A stretch of DNA of 64,000 bases from Trueperaceae bacterium (GCA_034521815.1 JAXHLW010000001.1:279907-343906), one strand, 5' to 3'. Counted from the stretch's first letter, positions 1-10,253 are shown. Numbers and translations are program-made. Notes: generated from the sequence alone by a model not told the origin.

Positions 1-547
1 GACCGGCCAGCGCCGTCACGACCGTCGCGGCGAGGGCGATCATCGCGACCGCGACGGCGGACCAGGCGTACCCGTCGCCCGTGCTGGTGGCCATGTCGAT
101 CGCGACAGGGGCCAGCGACAGCCCGATGACCATGATCACCGGGCCGGTCACGACCGGCGGAAGCAGCCTCTCGAACGCCTCGATCCCGCGCGCCCGGATG
201 AGGGCCGCGAGCGCGACGTACAGCAGACCGGCCGCGACGAGACCCGAGAGCGTCGCTGAGACGCCCCACCGCTGCACGCCGACTTGGATCGGAGCGATGA
301 ACGCGAAGGACGAGGCCAGGAACACCGGGACCTTGCCGCGGGTCACGAGCTGGAACACCAGCGTGCCCGCTCCGGCCGTGAACAGCGCGACGTTCGGGTC
401 GAGACCGGTCAGGATCGGCACCAGCACCAGCGCGCCGAAGGCGACGAACAGCATCTGCACGCCGATCGGGATCGCTCGGAGATCGAAGCTCCAGGCGGTA
501 CGGGCGAGGATGGCGCGAACGTCGTCGCGCCGGTCGGATCGGGTCAT
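1..547 (-). CDS. uraA: Uracil/xanthine permease (NCS2 family), 5' part; runs off the window edge
   Basis: Manual translation from ATG at 547 (GAAGGAGG RBS upstream): ...GVQMLFVAFGALVLVPILTGLDPNVALFTAGAGTLVFQLVTRGKVPVFLASSFAFIAP...LLPPVVTGPVIMVIGLSLAPVA, a typical UraA/PyrP N-terminus. Not in the supplied ORF track. Confidence 0.9.
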   Translation of the reverse strand, partial: MTRSDRRDDVRAILARTAWSFDLRAIPIGVQMLFVAFGALVLVPILTGLDPNVALFTAGAGTLVFQLVTRGKVPVFLASSFAFIAPIQVGVQRWGVSATLSGLVAAGLLYVALAALIRARGIEAFERLLPPVVTGPVIMVIGLSLAPVAIDMATSTGDGYAWSAVAVAMIALAATVVTALAG

Positions 548-594
548 GACATCCTCCTTCGTGCCGTGGAGGACGTGACGTCGCGAGCCCGCAC

Positions 595-630
595 GAAAAC
601 GCCGTCCTGACGCGAAGGCGTCGGACGGCG
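595..630 (-). terminator. Attenuator-type hairpin in the uracil permease leader
   Basis: Minus strand reads CGCCGTCCGACGC-CTTC-GCGTCAGGACGGCG-TTTTC: a long GC stem followed by a short U-run, between the PyrR site and the RBS. Confidence 0.6.
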
Positions 631-688
631 CATGTTGTCGTACGTGGTGGTGCCGAAGGGCGGCACGGTCGCGCGAAAGTCACGGTCG

Positions 689-721
689 CTCCTTCCCGGC
701 CTCACGGGACCGGATTAAAGG
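689..721 (-). ncRNA. PyrR-binding RNA leader element
   Basis: Minus strand CCTTTAATCCGGTCCCGTGAGGCCGGGAAGGAG matches the PyrR binding-loop pattern (CCUUUAA...GUCCnGnGAGGC...AAGG) and lies upstream of a uracil permease. Confidence 0.85.
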
Positions 722-771
722 CTGCGAGGAGCGTACCGTCGTCGCGGCGCCGATGGCAAGAGGCGGCCACG

Positions 772-789
772 CTTAAGGAAGCGCTAAGG
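772..789 (+). promoter_or_regulatory. Tandem direct repeat, putative OmpR-family (PmrA/QseB-like) operator
   Basis: TTAAGG (773-778) and CTAAGG (784-789) at 11-bp period, an AT-rich patch in GC-rich DNA about 35 bp upstream of the ATG at 825. Confidence 0.55.
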
Positions 790-824
790 CTGCGCAGGCA
801 TCATGGTCATCGGAGGTAGACACC

Positions 825-1473
<649 letters not shown>

Positions 1474-1512
1474 AGACGCCACCCAGGAGCTTCGCCGGTA
1501 GGTGGGGCTTGC

Positions 1513-1542
1513 ATCGTGGAGCGCCGAGGCGCGCTCCACGAT
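1513..1542. terminator. Perfect 12-bp hairpin between the two Asp-rich genes (terminator or mRNA stabiliser)
   Basis: ATCGTGGAGCGC-CGAGGC-GCGCTCCACGAT; no U-tract. Confidence 0.45.
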
Positions 1543-1559
1543 CGTAGGATGAGGACACC

Positions 1560-2306
1560 GTGAACCGAGGACCCGGATTCCCGCGCCTTCGAGGCAGCCC
1601 ACCACGAGCCGTCGTGCTCGTGGTGAGCCTCTTGCTCGTACTCGCGCTCGCGAGTGCTTTGGGGCAAGGCGGTCCCGGCACCGTGGAGGTCGCATCGATC
1701 CCCGACGGTGCGGAGGCTGTCGTGACCGATAGGCTCGGACGAAGGCTCGTCGGCTATGGGCGCGTCGCGGACGGCACGCTACGGCTGTCCGTCGTCGGAC
1801 GCGACGAGGTCGACGCCCTCGTGCTGGTTCTGATCACGCCCGACGGCACCTTCTCTCGACTGGAGGGTCGACTCACGGACAGCGGGATCACGGTGCGAGA
1901 CGGGGCGTCGGAGCGCTCGCTGGACGAGTGGCTCGCGCTGCGGAGCGTGACGCTCGTGCTCGATCGCGACGGCGGCCGGGACGACGATGCGGATGACGAT
2001 CGCGACGACGATCAGGATGACGATCGTGGTGACGGCGGCCGGGACGACGATCGCGACGATGACGACCGGGACGACGACGATCGCGACGACGGACGACGAC
2101 GACGATGGCGCGACGACGATCAGGATGACGATCGTGGCGACGAAGACGATGACGACGCGGAGGATGACGACGACGTAGACGTCGACGAAGACGACGACGA
2201 TGATAGAGACGACGACCCGAATGATGACGAAGACGCCGACGATGACGACGACGACGATGACGACGACGACGATGACGACGATGACGACGACGATGCGGAC
2301 GACTGA
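1560..2306 (+). CDS. Second exported protein with the same beta-rich domain and an Asp-rich tail
   Basis: Hydrophobic signal AVVLVVSLLLVLALASALG; motif RLVGYGRVADGTLRLSVV parallels VVVGYGDLDDGRLDLELL of the upstream gene; the C-terminal ~110 aa are mostly Asp. Confidence 0.8.
   Translation: MNRGPGFPRLRGSPPRAVVLVVSLLLVLALASALGQGGPGTVEVASIPDGAEAVVTDRLGRRLVGYGRVADGTLRLSVVGRDEVDALVLVLITPDGTFSRLEGRLTDSGITVRDGASERSLDEWLALRSVTLVLDRDGGRDDDADDDRDDDQDDDRGDGGRDDDRDDDDRDDDDRDDGRRRRWRDDDQDDDRGDEDDDDAEDDDDVDVDEDDDDDRDDDPNDDEDADDDDDDDDDDDDDDDDDDDADD
1968..2303 (+). repeat. Asp-codon-rich low-complexity repeat
   Basis: Degenerate gacgacgatcgc / gacgacgatcag units ending in a poly GAC/GAT run. Confidence 0.9.
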
Positions 2307-2319
2307 GCGGACCGCGACG

Positions 2320-3015
2320 ATGGATCCCCCCGACCTCTCCCGCACCGCCCGTGCAGCCGCTCGGATTCTCGTCGTGGAGGACGACGCTCGGCTGCGGTCG
2401 CTACTGGAGCAGGAGCTCGCTACCGACGGACACGTCGTGGTCGCGGTGGGCACGGCCGGCGAAGGTCTCTACCGGGCAGAGGAGGAGCCGTACGACCTCC
2501 TCGTCCTCGATCTGAGCCTTCCTGACGGCGACGGGCTCGAGGTGGCGGAGCGCCTGCGTGACCGACGCGACGTGCCGATCCTCATGCTGACCGCGCGGGC
2601 GGACGTCGACAGTCGCGTCCGAGGCCTGTACGCGGGCGCGGCCGACTACATGACCAAGCCGTTCAGCGTCCCGGAGCTGCTCGCGCGGGTCCACGCGCGC
2701 CTCCGCGAACGCCTGAAGCCAGAACGGCCCCGTCACCGCGATCTCGAGCTCGATCCCAGCGCGTCGGTGGCACGGGGGCCGGGCGGCGAGGCGATCCTGC
2801 CCGAGAGCGAGTTCGCGCTGCTGCGCATGCTCGTCGAGCATCCTGGTCGTCTGTTCACCCGCGACGAGATCGAGCGCAGGCTGTACGTCGCAAGCGAGCG
2901 ACCGGGCAGCAACACCGTCGAAGTGTTCGTGCATCACGTGCGACGCAAGCTCGAGCAGCTGGACGCGGAGCCTCGTATCCGAACCGTGCGCGGCAAGGGG
3001 TACATGCTCCGGTGA
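2320..3015 (+). CDS. OmpR/PhoB-family response regulator
   Basis: Receiver motifs ILVVEDD, LDLSLP, MLTA, KPF; winged helix ending IRTVRGKGY. Start placed at ATG 2320 because the upstream ORF extension is the Asp repeat read off-frame. Confidence 0.93.
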   Translation: MDPPDLSRTARAAARILVVEDDARLRSLLEQELATDGHVVVAVGTAGEGLYRAEEEPYDLLVLDLSLPDGDGLEVAERLRDRRDVPILMLTARADVDSRVRGLYAGAADYMTKPFSVPELLARVHARLRERLKPERPRHRDLELDPSASVARGPGGEAILPESEFALLRMLVEHPGRLFTRDEIERRLYVASERPGSNTVEVFVHHVRRKLEQLDAEPRIRTVRGKGYMLR

Positions 3016-3046
3016 GCTCCGGCGATCGGCGTGAGCGAGCCCGACC

Positions 3047-4390
3047 GTGCTGAGGGTCAGGCTGGGGTTGCTGGTCGCCGGCAGCCTGCTCGTCGCGTTG
3101 GCGGCGTTCGCCGTCGTCGTCGACGCCTCGTTCGTGCGTCAACAGCGTGCCCAGCTCGACGCGCTCGTCGTTCGCGAGCTACGCCGGGTGGAGACGCTGG
3201 TCCAGCGGTCGGAGCTAGGAGCCACCTTCCTGGGCGAGGAGGCCGACCTGGTGCTTCAGTTCGTGGACGCCGAGGGCACCGTGCAGCTTCCGGTTGATGC
3301 CGGCCAGGTCCTGCCGCTGCGGACCGGTCCGGACCTGGTCCGACGAGACGGCGGTAGCGAATGGCTGGTCGCCAGCGGCCCCTGGCGACTCCCTAGCGGT
3401 CTGGAGGCGGGAACGATTCGACTCGGGCTGAGCTTCGAGCCCGTGCTCGCGGCCAGGCGGACGCTGTGGCGCGCGATGGCGACGGCCGGGGCGGCGCTGG
3501 CCGTGGCAGCGACGGTGTTCGCCCTCGCGCTTCTCCAGCGCGCCTTGGAGCCGCTGCAGCGCTTGGTTCGGGACGCGGACGCGATCGACCCGTCGCGGCC
3601 GGAGCTGGTGGCAGGGCTGCGCAGCGCCGAGCGCGAGGACGAGGTGGGCCGCCTCGCACGCGCTCTGGAGCGGGCGATGCAGGCGATCCGTGATCGCCAG
3701 CAGGCCGAGCGCGACGCACTGGCCGAGGTCGCGCACGAGCTGGCTGCGCCGCTGTCGGTCGTCGCTGGGCGGCTGCGCGCCGTCGAGGTCCGCGACCCCT
3801 CCGCCGAGATCCGGTCGGCCCGCGAGGCGGCGGACGAGCTGCTTCACACGAGTCGCGACCTGCTGACGTTGGCCCGGGGCGAGCTGGAGCGGCCCATGGA
3901 CCTCGAGGCCGTCGACCTGGCCGACCTCGTCCGCGGCGTCGCCTCGGAGATGCCGCCGGCCCGGGTCGTGGCGTCGGGCGAGACCGAGCTGCTCGGAAGC
4001 CCCGAGCGATTGCGGCAGGCCGTCAGGAATCTGCTCAGGAACGCGTTCCAAGCGGGCGGCGACCCGCGCGAGGTGCGCGCCGAGCTGAAGGCGCAGGGCG
4101 CGGAGATCGTGCTAGAGGTGCTCGACCGGGGTGTAGGCCTGACCGCCGGAGACGAAGAGCGCATCTTCGAGCGACACGTCAGCGGGCGGACCGGAGGCTC
4201 CGGTTTGGGACTGGCGGTCGCGCGCGCCGTGGTCGACGCGCACGACGGTTCGCTCCGGGCCGAGCGTCGCGCGGGCGGCGGCACCCGGTTCGTCGCTCGC
4301 TTTCCCACGCTCGAGGCTCGTCTGGAGACGGAGCCCGTCGTTCCCGAGCCCGAAGCGAGCGGCAGTCCGAGAGGCGCCGAGCCGTGGTAG
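3047..4390 (+). CDS. Membrane sensor histidine kinase (2 TM, HAMP, HisKA, HATPase)
   Basis: Two hydrophobic helices; HAMP (EDEVGRLARAL); H-box AHELAAPL; N-box NLLRNA; G1 DRGVG; G2 GSGLGL. Confidence 0.93.
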   Translation: MLRVRLGLLVAGSLLVALAAFAVVVDASFVRQQRAQLDALVVRELRRVETLVQRSELGATFLGEEADLVLQFVDAEGTVQLPVDAGQVLPLRTGPDLVRRDGGSEWLVASGPWRLPSGLEAGTIRLGLSFEPVLAARRTLWRAMATAGAALAVAATVFALALLQRALEPLQRLVRDADAIDPSRPELVAGLRSAEREDEVGRLARALERAMQAIRDRQQAERDALAEVAHELAAPLSVVAGRLRAVEVRDPSAEIRSAREAADELLHTSRDLLTLARGELERPMDLEAVDLADLVRGVASEMPPARVVASGETELLGSPERLRQAVRNLLRNAFQAGGDPREVRAELKAQGAEIVLEVLDRGVGLTAGDEERIFERHVSGRTGGSGLGLAVARAVVDAHDGSLRAERRAGGGTRFVARFPTLEARLETEPVVPEPEASGSPRGAEPW

Positions 4391-4563
4391 CGTCCGACCA
4401 CGGACGAACCGCACCCGTACCGTGTTCGGCGTACGGCTCTTGGGAGGTGCCATGCGACTGACGTTTCTCGGACACGCCGCGGCGCGCGCCGCCTCGGACA
4501 CCGTTGCGTGGCGCGACGTTCTCGCGCCCGGCGAGACGATGGACCTTTAGAAGGGGTTCGCTC

Positions 4564-5580
4564 GTGGCCGAGCGCGACGACGCGCCCCGTACCCCCATCG
4601 GTTACCGCCCCTCGCACCGCCTCGGTGCAGGGCGTACGGCGATCGTGTACCTCGCCGAGCACGATACGTTCGGCCGGGTCGCGTTGAAGCTTCCTAGGCC
4701 CGAGCTGTCGGAGCGGCCGTTGTTGCGGCGCATGTTCGAGAACGAGGTGATGATCACCCTTCGCCTCGATCATCCCAGCGTCGTGAAGGCCTTGGCGGGG
4801 CACCCCACCGGCGAGAGGGCGTTCTTGGCGCTCGAGATCTGTCCGGGCGGCACCTTGGACCAGCTGCTGCTGGAGCGTGGGCGGCTGCCGCTCGCGAAAG
4901 CCGTGCAGCTCGTCGAGGACGTCGCGGTCGGGCTGGCGTACACGCACGTCGCCAAGGTTCTGCACCGCGACGTCAAGCCCGCGAACGTGTTCCTGTCCGA
5001 TGCCGGCCGAGCGAAGCTGGGCGACTTCGGAACCGGGACGTTCATGGCCGAGGAGAGCGGCGACCGCGTGGGGACGGCGTTCTACATGGCGCCCGAGATC
5101 TTCGAAGGCGCGCCGGCGTCGGTGCGCAGCGACGTCTACAGCCTGGGCGTGCTGGCGTTCGAGGTGCTGACCGGCGAACGGCCGTTCAAGGGGGACACCT
5201 ACGATGCGTTGATGCACGCGCACATGACCGGACTCGTTCGAGATCCCCGGTCGCTGCGCGACGGCCTTTCCAGCGATCTCGCCCAGGTGGTCCGGACGGC
5301 GCTGGTCCGTCTGCCGGAGCGGCGTTTCGCGAGCGTGGCGGCGTTCCTGAAGGCGTTGCGCGAGGCGACGCCGGAGGGCCGCGAGCCGGAGGCCCAGGCG
5401 CCGCCGGATGGGCGAGCCCAGGTGGGCCGCTCGTCCCGCATGCGTCAGGACGACCGGGTCGCGGGCGGTGCTCCGGTCGATCCGTCCAACGACGTGGACG
5501 CGGAGGACGCGGACGAGTCCGCGTCCGTACCGTGGTGGCGGCGCTTTCTGGGCGGCGGCAGCGACGAGCCGTCATCCTGA
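4564..5580 (+). CDS. Hanks-type Ser/Thr protein kinase, soluble
   Basis: LGAGRTAIVY, VALK, HRDVKPAN, DFG, YMAPE, SDVYSLG; GTG start after AGAAGGGG. Confidence 0.92.
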   Translation: MAERDDAPRTPIGYRPSHRLGAGRTAIVYLAEHDTFGRVALKLPRPELSERPLLRRMFENEVMITLRLDHPSVVKALAGHPTGERAFLALEICPGGTLDQLLLERGRLPLAKAVQLVEDVAVGLAYTHVAKVLHRDVKPANVFLSDAGRAKLGDFGTGTFMAEESGDRVGTAFYMAPEIFEGAPASVRSDVYSLGVLAFEVLTGERPFKGDTYDALMHAHMTGLVRDPRSLRDGLSSDLAQVVRTALVRLPERRFASVAAFLKALREATPEGREPEAQAPPDGRAQVGRSSRMRQDDRVAGGAPVDPSNDVDAEDADESASVPWWRRFLGGGSDEPSS

Positions 5581-5610
5581 CCGGCTCACTACACATTCTG
5601 CGCTCCATGC

Positions 5611-5640
5611 TGATATCATCAAAGTCGGAACGAGTCCGAA
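5611..5640 (+). promoter_or_regulatory. Putative suf promoter (extended -10) with a downstream inverted repeat
   Basis: TG-A-TATCAT at 5611-5619, followed by TCGGA-ACGAG-TCCGA. Confidence 0.4.
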
Positions 5641-5706
5641 GACGGGATCGTCTCGGACCCAGATGAAGACTCCACACGAACGACTCCACACGAACGAGGT
5701 GTTGCC

Positions 5707-6477
5707 ATGAGCGAGAACCGACTCGAGATCCGTGATCTTCACGCCCGCGTCGCGGGCGGCGAGGAGATCCTGAAAGGCGTCGATCTGATCGTCCCTGCCG
5801 GCGAGGTGCACGCCTTGATGGGTCAGAACGGCAGCGGCAAGTCCACCCTGGCGAAGGTCATCGCCGGCGACCCCAGCTACGAGGTCACCGGCGGCGACGT
5901 CCTGGTCGACGGCACCAGCGTGCTCGAGATGGAGCCGGACGAGCGGGCGCGCGAGGGTCTGTACCTGGCGTTCCAGTACCCGGTCGAGGTTCCCGGCGTG
6001 TCGATCGCGAACTTCCTCCGTATGGCCCTGAACGCCAAGCGCGACGACGACGACGAGATCGGCGTGATGGAGTTCTACGAGAAGCTTCAGCAAGCCGTCG
6101 CCGCCCTGAACTGGGACGAGGCGATCATCGAACGCAACCTGCACGAAGGGTTCTCGGGCGGCGAGAAGAAGCGCAGCGAGATCCTGCAGCTGCTGGTGCT
6201 CGAGCCACGCTACGCGATTCTCGACGAGACCGACTCGGGCCTCGACGTCGACGCGCTCAAGACCGTCTCGCAAGGCGTGAACGCCGCCCGCGGTCCCGGC
6301 TTCGGCGCGCTCGTGATCACCCACTACCAGCGCTTGCTGAACTACATCGTGCCCGATCGGGTCCACGTGATGTCGAACGGTCGAGTCATCACCAGCGGTG
6401 ACAAGGAGCTCGCGATCGAGCTCGATACCCGCGGCTACGACTGGATCAAGGACGAGGTCGCCGCCGCAAGCGCCTGA
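5707..6477 (+). CDS. sufC: Fe-S cluster assembly ATPase SufC
   Basis: GQNGSGKST Walker A, LAFQYPVEVPGV, GFSGGEKKR, LDETDSGLDVDAL. Confidence 0.97.
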   Translation: MSENRLEIRDLHARVAGGEEILKGVDLIVPAGEVHALMGQNGSGKSTLAKVIAGDPSYEVTGGDVLVDGTSVLEMEPDERAREGLYLAFQYPVEVPGVSIANFLRMALNAKRDDDDEIGVMEFYEKLQQAVAALNWDEAIIERNLHEGFSGGEKKRSEILQLLVLEPRYAILDETDSGLDVDALKTVSQGVNAARGPGFGALVITHYQRLLNYIVPDRVHVMSNGRVITSGDKELAIELDTRGYDWIKDEVAAASA

Positions 6478-6576
6478 CCCGAGGGCGCCGTCGCGGACGC
6501 GACCGCGCTTCGCTGCACGCCTCGACCGGCGGGACCCCCCGCCGACCCGCTGACTCGCACCCTGAGGAGGGACGAC

Positions 6577-8010
6577 GTGGCAGACGCACCGATGGAGCAT
6601 CCCGACGCCGGCAAGCTGACCGGCATGGAGCACGAGAAGCAGTACGACTTCCAGCTTCCCGAATCGTACTTCTACAAGTCCGAAAAGGGCCTGAACAAGC
6701 GCGTGATCGAGAAGATCAGCTACTTCAAGGGCGAGCCCCAGTGGATGCTCGACTTCAGGCTGAGGGCGCTCGAGATCGCCGAGAAGAAGGGCCCGCCCAA
6801 GTGGGGTCCCGACCTGTCCGGCTTGAACTTCGACGACATCTACTTCTACATCCGTCCCAACGAGCGCCAGGGCACGACGAGCTCGTGGGACGAGATTCCC
6901 GCGGAGGTTCGCGAGACCTACCGTCGGCTCGGGATTCCCGAGGCCGAGCAGAAGGTCCTCGCCGGCGTGGGAGCCCAGTACGAGAGCGAGATGGTCTACC
7001 ACAACCTCAAGGAGGAGTGGGAGAAGCTCGGCGTCATCTTCCTGGACACCGACACCGGCCTCAAGGAGCACCCCGAGATCTTCCGCGAGCACTTCGCGAC
7101 CGTCGTCCCGCCCGAGGACAACTACTACGCGGCCGTGAACAGCGCCGTCTGGTCGGGCGGCTCGTTCGTGTACGTTCCTGCCGGCGTCGACGTCGACGTT
7201 CCGCTGCAGGCGTACTTCCTGCTCAACGCCGAGAACATCGGCCAGTTCGAGCGCACCCTGATCATCGTCGAGGAGGGCGCCAAGGCGCACTACATCGAGG
7301 GCTGCACCGCGCCGACCTACAACTCGGACAGCTTCCACTCCGGCGTGATCGAGATTCTCGCCAAGGAGAACTCGAAGGTTCGCTACTCGACGATCCAGAA
7401 CTGGTCGCACAACGTCTACAACCTCGTCACCCAGCGCGCCATGGTCTACGACAACGCCAGCATGGGCTGGCTGGACGGAAACCTCGGCTCGAAGGTGACG
7501 ATGAAGTACCCGAGCTGCTACCTGGTGGGCAACGGCGCGCACGGCGAGGTGCTGTCCATCGCGTTCGCCGGCGACGGTCAGCATCAGGACGCCGGCGCCA
7601 AGGTGATCCATGCGGCGCCGAACACCACCAGCTCGGTCGTGTCGAAGTCGATCTCGAAGGGTCAGGGCACCAGCAGCTACCGCGGCCTGGTCCAGATTCA
7701 CGAGGGCGCCACCAACGCGAAGTCGAACGTCGAGTGCGACGCGCTGCTGATGGACGACACCTCGCGCACGAACACCTACCCGTACATCGAGATCAACGAG
7801 AAGACCGCGCACGTCGGCCACGAGGCGACCGTCTCGAAGCTGAACGAGGAGCAGATCTTCTACCTGATGTCGCGCGGCCTGGCCGAAGAGGAGGCGATGG
7901 CGCTGATCGTGCGTGGATTCCTCGAGCCGGTCGCGAAGGAGCTTCCGCTGGAGTACGCGGTCGAGCTGAATCGCCTGATCGAGCTCGAGATGGAAGGGAG
8001 CGTCGGCTGA
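6577..8010 (+). CDS. sufB: Fe-S cluster assembly protein SufB
   Basis: AGVGAQYESE, GQFERTLII, YIEGCTAP, TMKYPSC, HEATVSK, ELPLEYAVELNRLI...EGSVG. Confidence 0.97.
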   Translation: MADAPMEHPDAGKLTGMEHEKQYDFQLPESYFYKSEKGLNKRVIEKISYFKGEPQWMLDFRLRALEIAEKKGPPKWGPDLSGLNFDDIYFYIRPNERQGTTSSWDEIPAEVRETYRRLGIPEAEQKVLAGVGAQYESEMVYHNLKEEWEKLGVIFLDTDTGLKEHPEIFREHFATVVPPEDNYYAAVNSAVWSGGSFVYVPAGVDVDVPLQAYFLLNAENIGQFERTLIIVEEGAKAHYIEGCTAPTYNSDSFHSGVIEILAKENSKVRYSTIQNWSHNVYNLVTQRAMVYDNASMGWLDGNLGSKVTMKYPSCYLVGNGAHGEVLSIAFAGDGQHQDAGAKVIHAAPNTTSSVVSKSISKGQGTSSYRGLVQIHEGATNAKSNVECDALLMDDTSRTNTYPYIEINEKTAHVGHEATVSKLNEEQIFYLMSRGLAEEEAMALIVRGFLEPVAKELPLEYAVELNRLIELEMEGSVG

Positions 8011-8011
8011 G

Positions 8012-9334
8012 GTGGCGACGCTGACCGACGCCGCTGCGCTGAACGCCGGCGCGCTGGACGCGCTGATCGACCGTCGCGGCGAGCCCGACTGGCTGGCCGA
8101 GGAACGGCGGGCGGCGTTCCGCACGTTCGAGGCCACCCCCTGGCCCACCTCGCGGGACGAGAACTGGCGCTACACCGACCTTAGGCGCTTCTCCGTGGCG
8201 GGCCTCGAGCTCGGCGACGGGCCGGCGGACAGGAACGTGTCCGATCGCATCGGCATGCGAATGACCGACTCCGACGCCGAGGGGATCCTGGTCCACAAGA
8301 ACGGCGAGACGATCCAACGCGTCATCGACCTGGCCGAGAAGGGCGTGTTGTTCACCGACCTGCGCAGCGCCGTGCGCGACCACGAGGAGCTCGTCCGCGA
8401 GCACCTCTACAGCGTCGTCGACGCGAAGGCCGGCAAGTACCACGCCATGAACGCCGCCTTCTGGCAGAACGGCACCTTCGTGTACGTCCCCCGCGGGGTC
8501 GAGGTCGAGCTTCCCCTGGGCGCCTTCACCACCGCCGACCGGGGCGGGCTGTCCGCCGGCCGAACCCTGGTCGTGGTGGAGGAGAACGCCAAGGTCACCT
8601 TCCTGGACGAGTACACCAGCGAGCCGTTCGACGAGCGCCTGTTCCACGGCGCCTCGACCGAGCTGATCCTCGGTCAGGGCGCCAAGGTGCGCTACCTGAG
8701 CCTGCAGAACTGGGGCCGCAACGTCGCGCACATGAACAAGGTCGCCGCCAAGCTGGGCCGCGACGCGAGTCTCGAGTCGCTCAGCGTGAGCGTCGGGGCC
8801 GACGCCGCGCGCGCCGAGGTCGAGTCGACGATGGAAGGCCCGGGCTCGGAGTCCGAGATGCTGGGTCTCTACTTCGCCGACCGGGGCCAGCACTACAACC
8901 AGTACACGGTTCAGCACCACGCCTCGCACCACGCGTTCAGCGACGTGCTGTTCAAGGGGGCGCTGCGCGACGCCAGCACGGCGGTGTACTCCGGCGTGAT
9001 CGTCGTCGACGAAGGCGCGCAGAAGACCGACGCGTACCAGACGAACCGCAACCTGCTGCTCGACGGCGAGTCCGAGGCGGTCAGCATCCCGCAGCTCGAG
9101 ATCGGCGCGAACGACGTGCGCTGCTCGCACGGATCGACGACCGGACCGGTTCCCGAGGACCAGCGCTTCTACCTGATGAGCCGCGGGATGCGCTCCGAGG
9201 TGGCCGAGCACCTGCTGGTCACGGGCTTCTTGTACGAGGTGATGAGCCGCGTGACCCTGCCCAAGGTGGCCGAGTACGTCGGGCGCGTCGTCCAGGCGAA
9301 GCTCGGCGTTCCCGGCGTCAAGGAGAAGCTGTGA
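8012..9334 (+). CDS. sufD: Fe-S cluster assembly protein SufD
   Basis: ENWRYTDL, AQKTDAYQTNRNLLL, PQLEIGANDVRCSHGST, FYLMSRG. Confidence 0.95.
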   Translation: MATLTDAAALNAGALDALIDRRGEPDWLAEERRAAFRTFEATPWPTSRDENWRYTDLRRFSVAGLELGDGPADRNVSDRIGMRMTDSDAEGILVHKNGETIQRVIDLAEKGVLFTDLRSAVRDHEELVREHLYSVVDAKAGKYHAMNAAFWQNGTFVYVPRGVEVELPLGAFTTADRGGLSAGRTLVVVEENAKVTFLDEYTSEPFDERLFHGASTELILGQGAKVRYLSLQNWGRNVAHMNKVAAKLGRDASLESLSVSVGADAARAEVESTMEGPGSESEMLGLYFADRGQHYNQYTVQHHASHHAFSDVLFKGALRDASTAVYSGVIVVDEGAQKTDAYQTNRNLLLDGESEAVSIPQLEIGANDVRCSHGSTTGPVPEDQRFYLMSRGMRSEVAEHLLVTGFLYEVMSRVTLPKVAEYVGRVVQAKLGVPGVKEKL

Positions 9335-9648
9335 CCGAGACCCGCTACGACGTCGGCTCGGTCGAGGAGTTCGGCGAGGACTCGATCACGGCCGTCACGG
9401 TCGAGGACCGGGAGCTCGTCGTGATTCGGCAGGGAGGGCGGGTCTACGCCCTCCCCGACCGCTGCACCCACGCCAAGTACCCGCTCCACGACGGCGAGCT
9501 GCTCGACGGCAAGATCCGTTGCGTGCACCACGGCGCGACGTTCGACCTCGAGACGGGGCGCCCGACCATGCCCGCGCTGAAGAAGATCCAGCTCTTCGGC
9601 GCCGAGATCGAGGACGACCGCGTGTACGTGACGCTTCAGCAGGCCTGA
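9331..9648 (+). CDS. Rieske [2Fe-2S] ferredoxin (suf-associated)
   Basis: CTH...CVHHG Rieske ligands; GTGA overlap with sufD. Confidence 0.93.
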   Translation: MTETRYDVGSVEEFGEDSITAVTVEDRELVVIRQGGRVYALPDRCTHAKYPLHDGELLDGKIRCVHHGATFDLETGRPTMPALKKIQLFGAEIEDDRVYVTLQQA

Positions 9649-9716
9649 GCGCGCGACCGCGCCGACGAGCGCGTCGATCAGCGCGCCTCGTCGTGGTCGC
9701 CGCGATCGGCGCGCCC

Positions 9717-10202
9717 TCAGACCTCCTCGACCCTCATCAACACCGTCACGCGCGCCTGCACGTGCCGTGGCGCGAGACCCTCGCTGGTCTTGAACCCGAG
9801 CCCGACGCGGCCGGGCTCGATGCCCAGCAGCTCGCCGAGGGTCCGCTGGATCTCGACGCGATGCGGTCCCAGCTTCGGTCGGTCCAGCGTCACGACCGCC
9901 GCGACGTTGACCACGGTCGTCTCGCCGATCGCGTCGCGGATGCGCTCCTGAACCGTCTGGAGGATCACCTGGCTGTCCAGCCCGGCGTAGTTCGGGTTGC
10001 TGGGCGGAAAGTACTGACCGATGTCGCCCAGCCCGAAGGAGGACAGCATCGCGTCCGACAGCGCGTGCAGCAGCGCGTCGCCGTCGCTGTGCGCCGCCGC
10101 GCCGCGAGGACTGAGCGGGATCTCGAATCCGCCCAGCACCAGGCGCCGGCCGGTCACCAGCCCGTGCGCGTCCTCTCCGAAGCCGATACGTAGGGAGTCC
10201 AT
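9717..10202 (-). CDS. ispF: 2-C-methyl-D-erythritol 2,4-cyclodiphosphate synthase
   Basis: [38 protein letters not shown]. Confidence 0.95.
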   Translation of the reverse strand: MDSLRIGFGEDAHGLVTGRRLVLGGFEIPLSPRGAAAHSDGDALLHALSDAMLSSFGLGDIGQYFPPSNPNYAGLDSQVILQTVQERIRDAIGETTVVNVAAVVTLDRPKLGPHRVEIQRTLGELLGIEPGRVGLGFKTSEGLAPRHVQARVTVLMRVEEV

Positions 10203-10253
10203 GACCGCTCATCGTACCCCCACGGTCGGGCCCCGATCTGGACGGTTCGTCGG

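Noticed and set aside
2200-2319. Thr/Met-rich N-terminal extension of the response regulator
   Set aside because: It is the upstream gene's Asp repeat in another frame.
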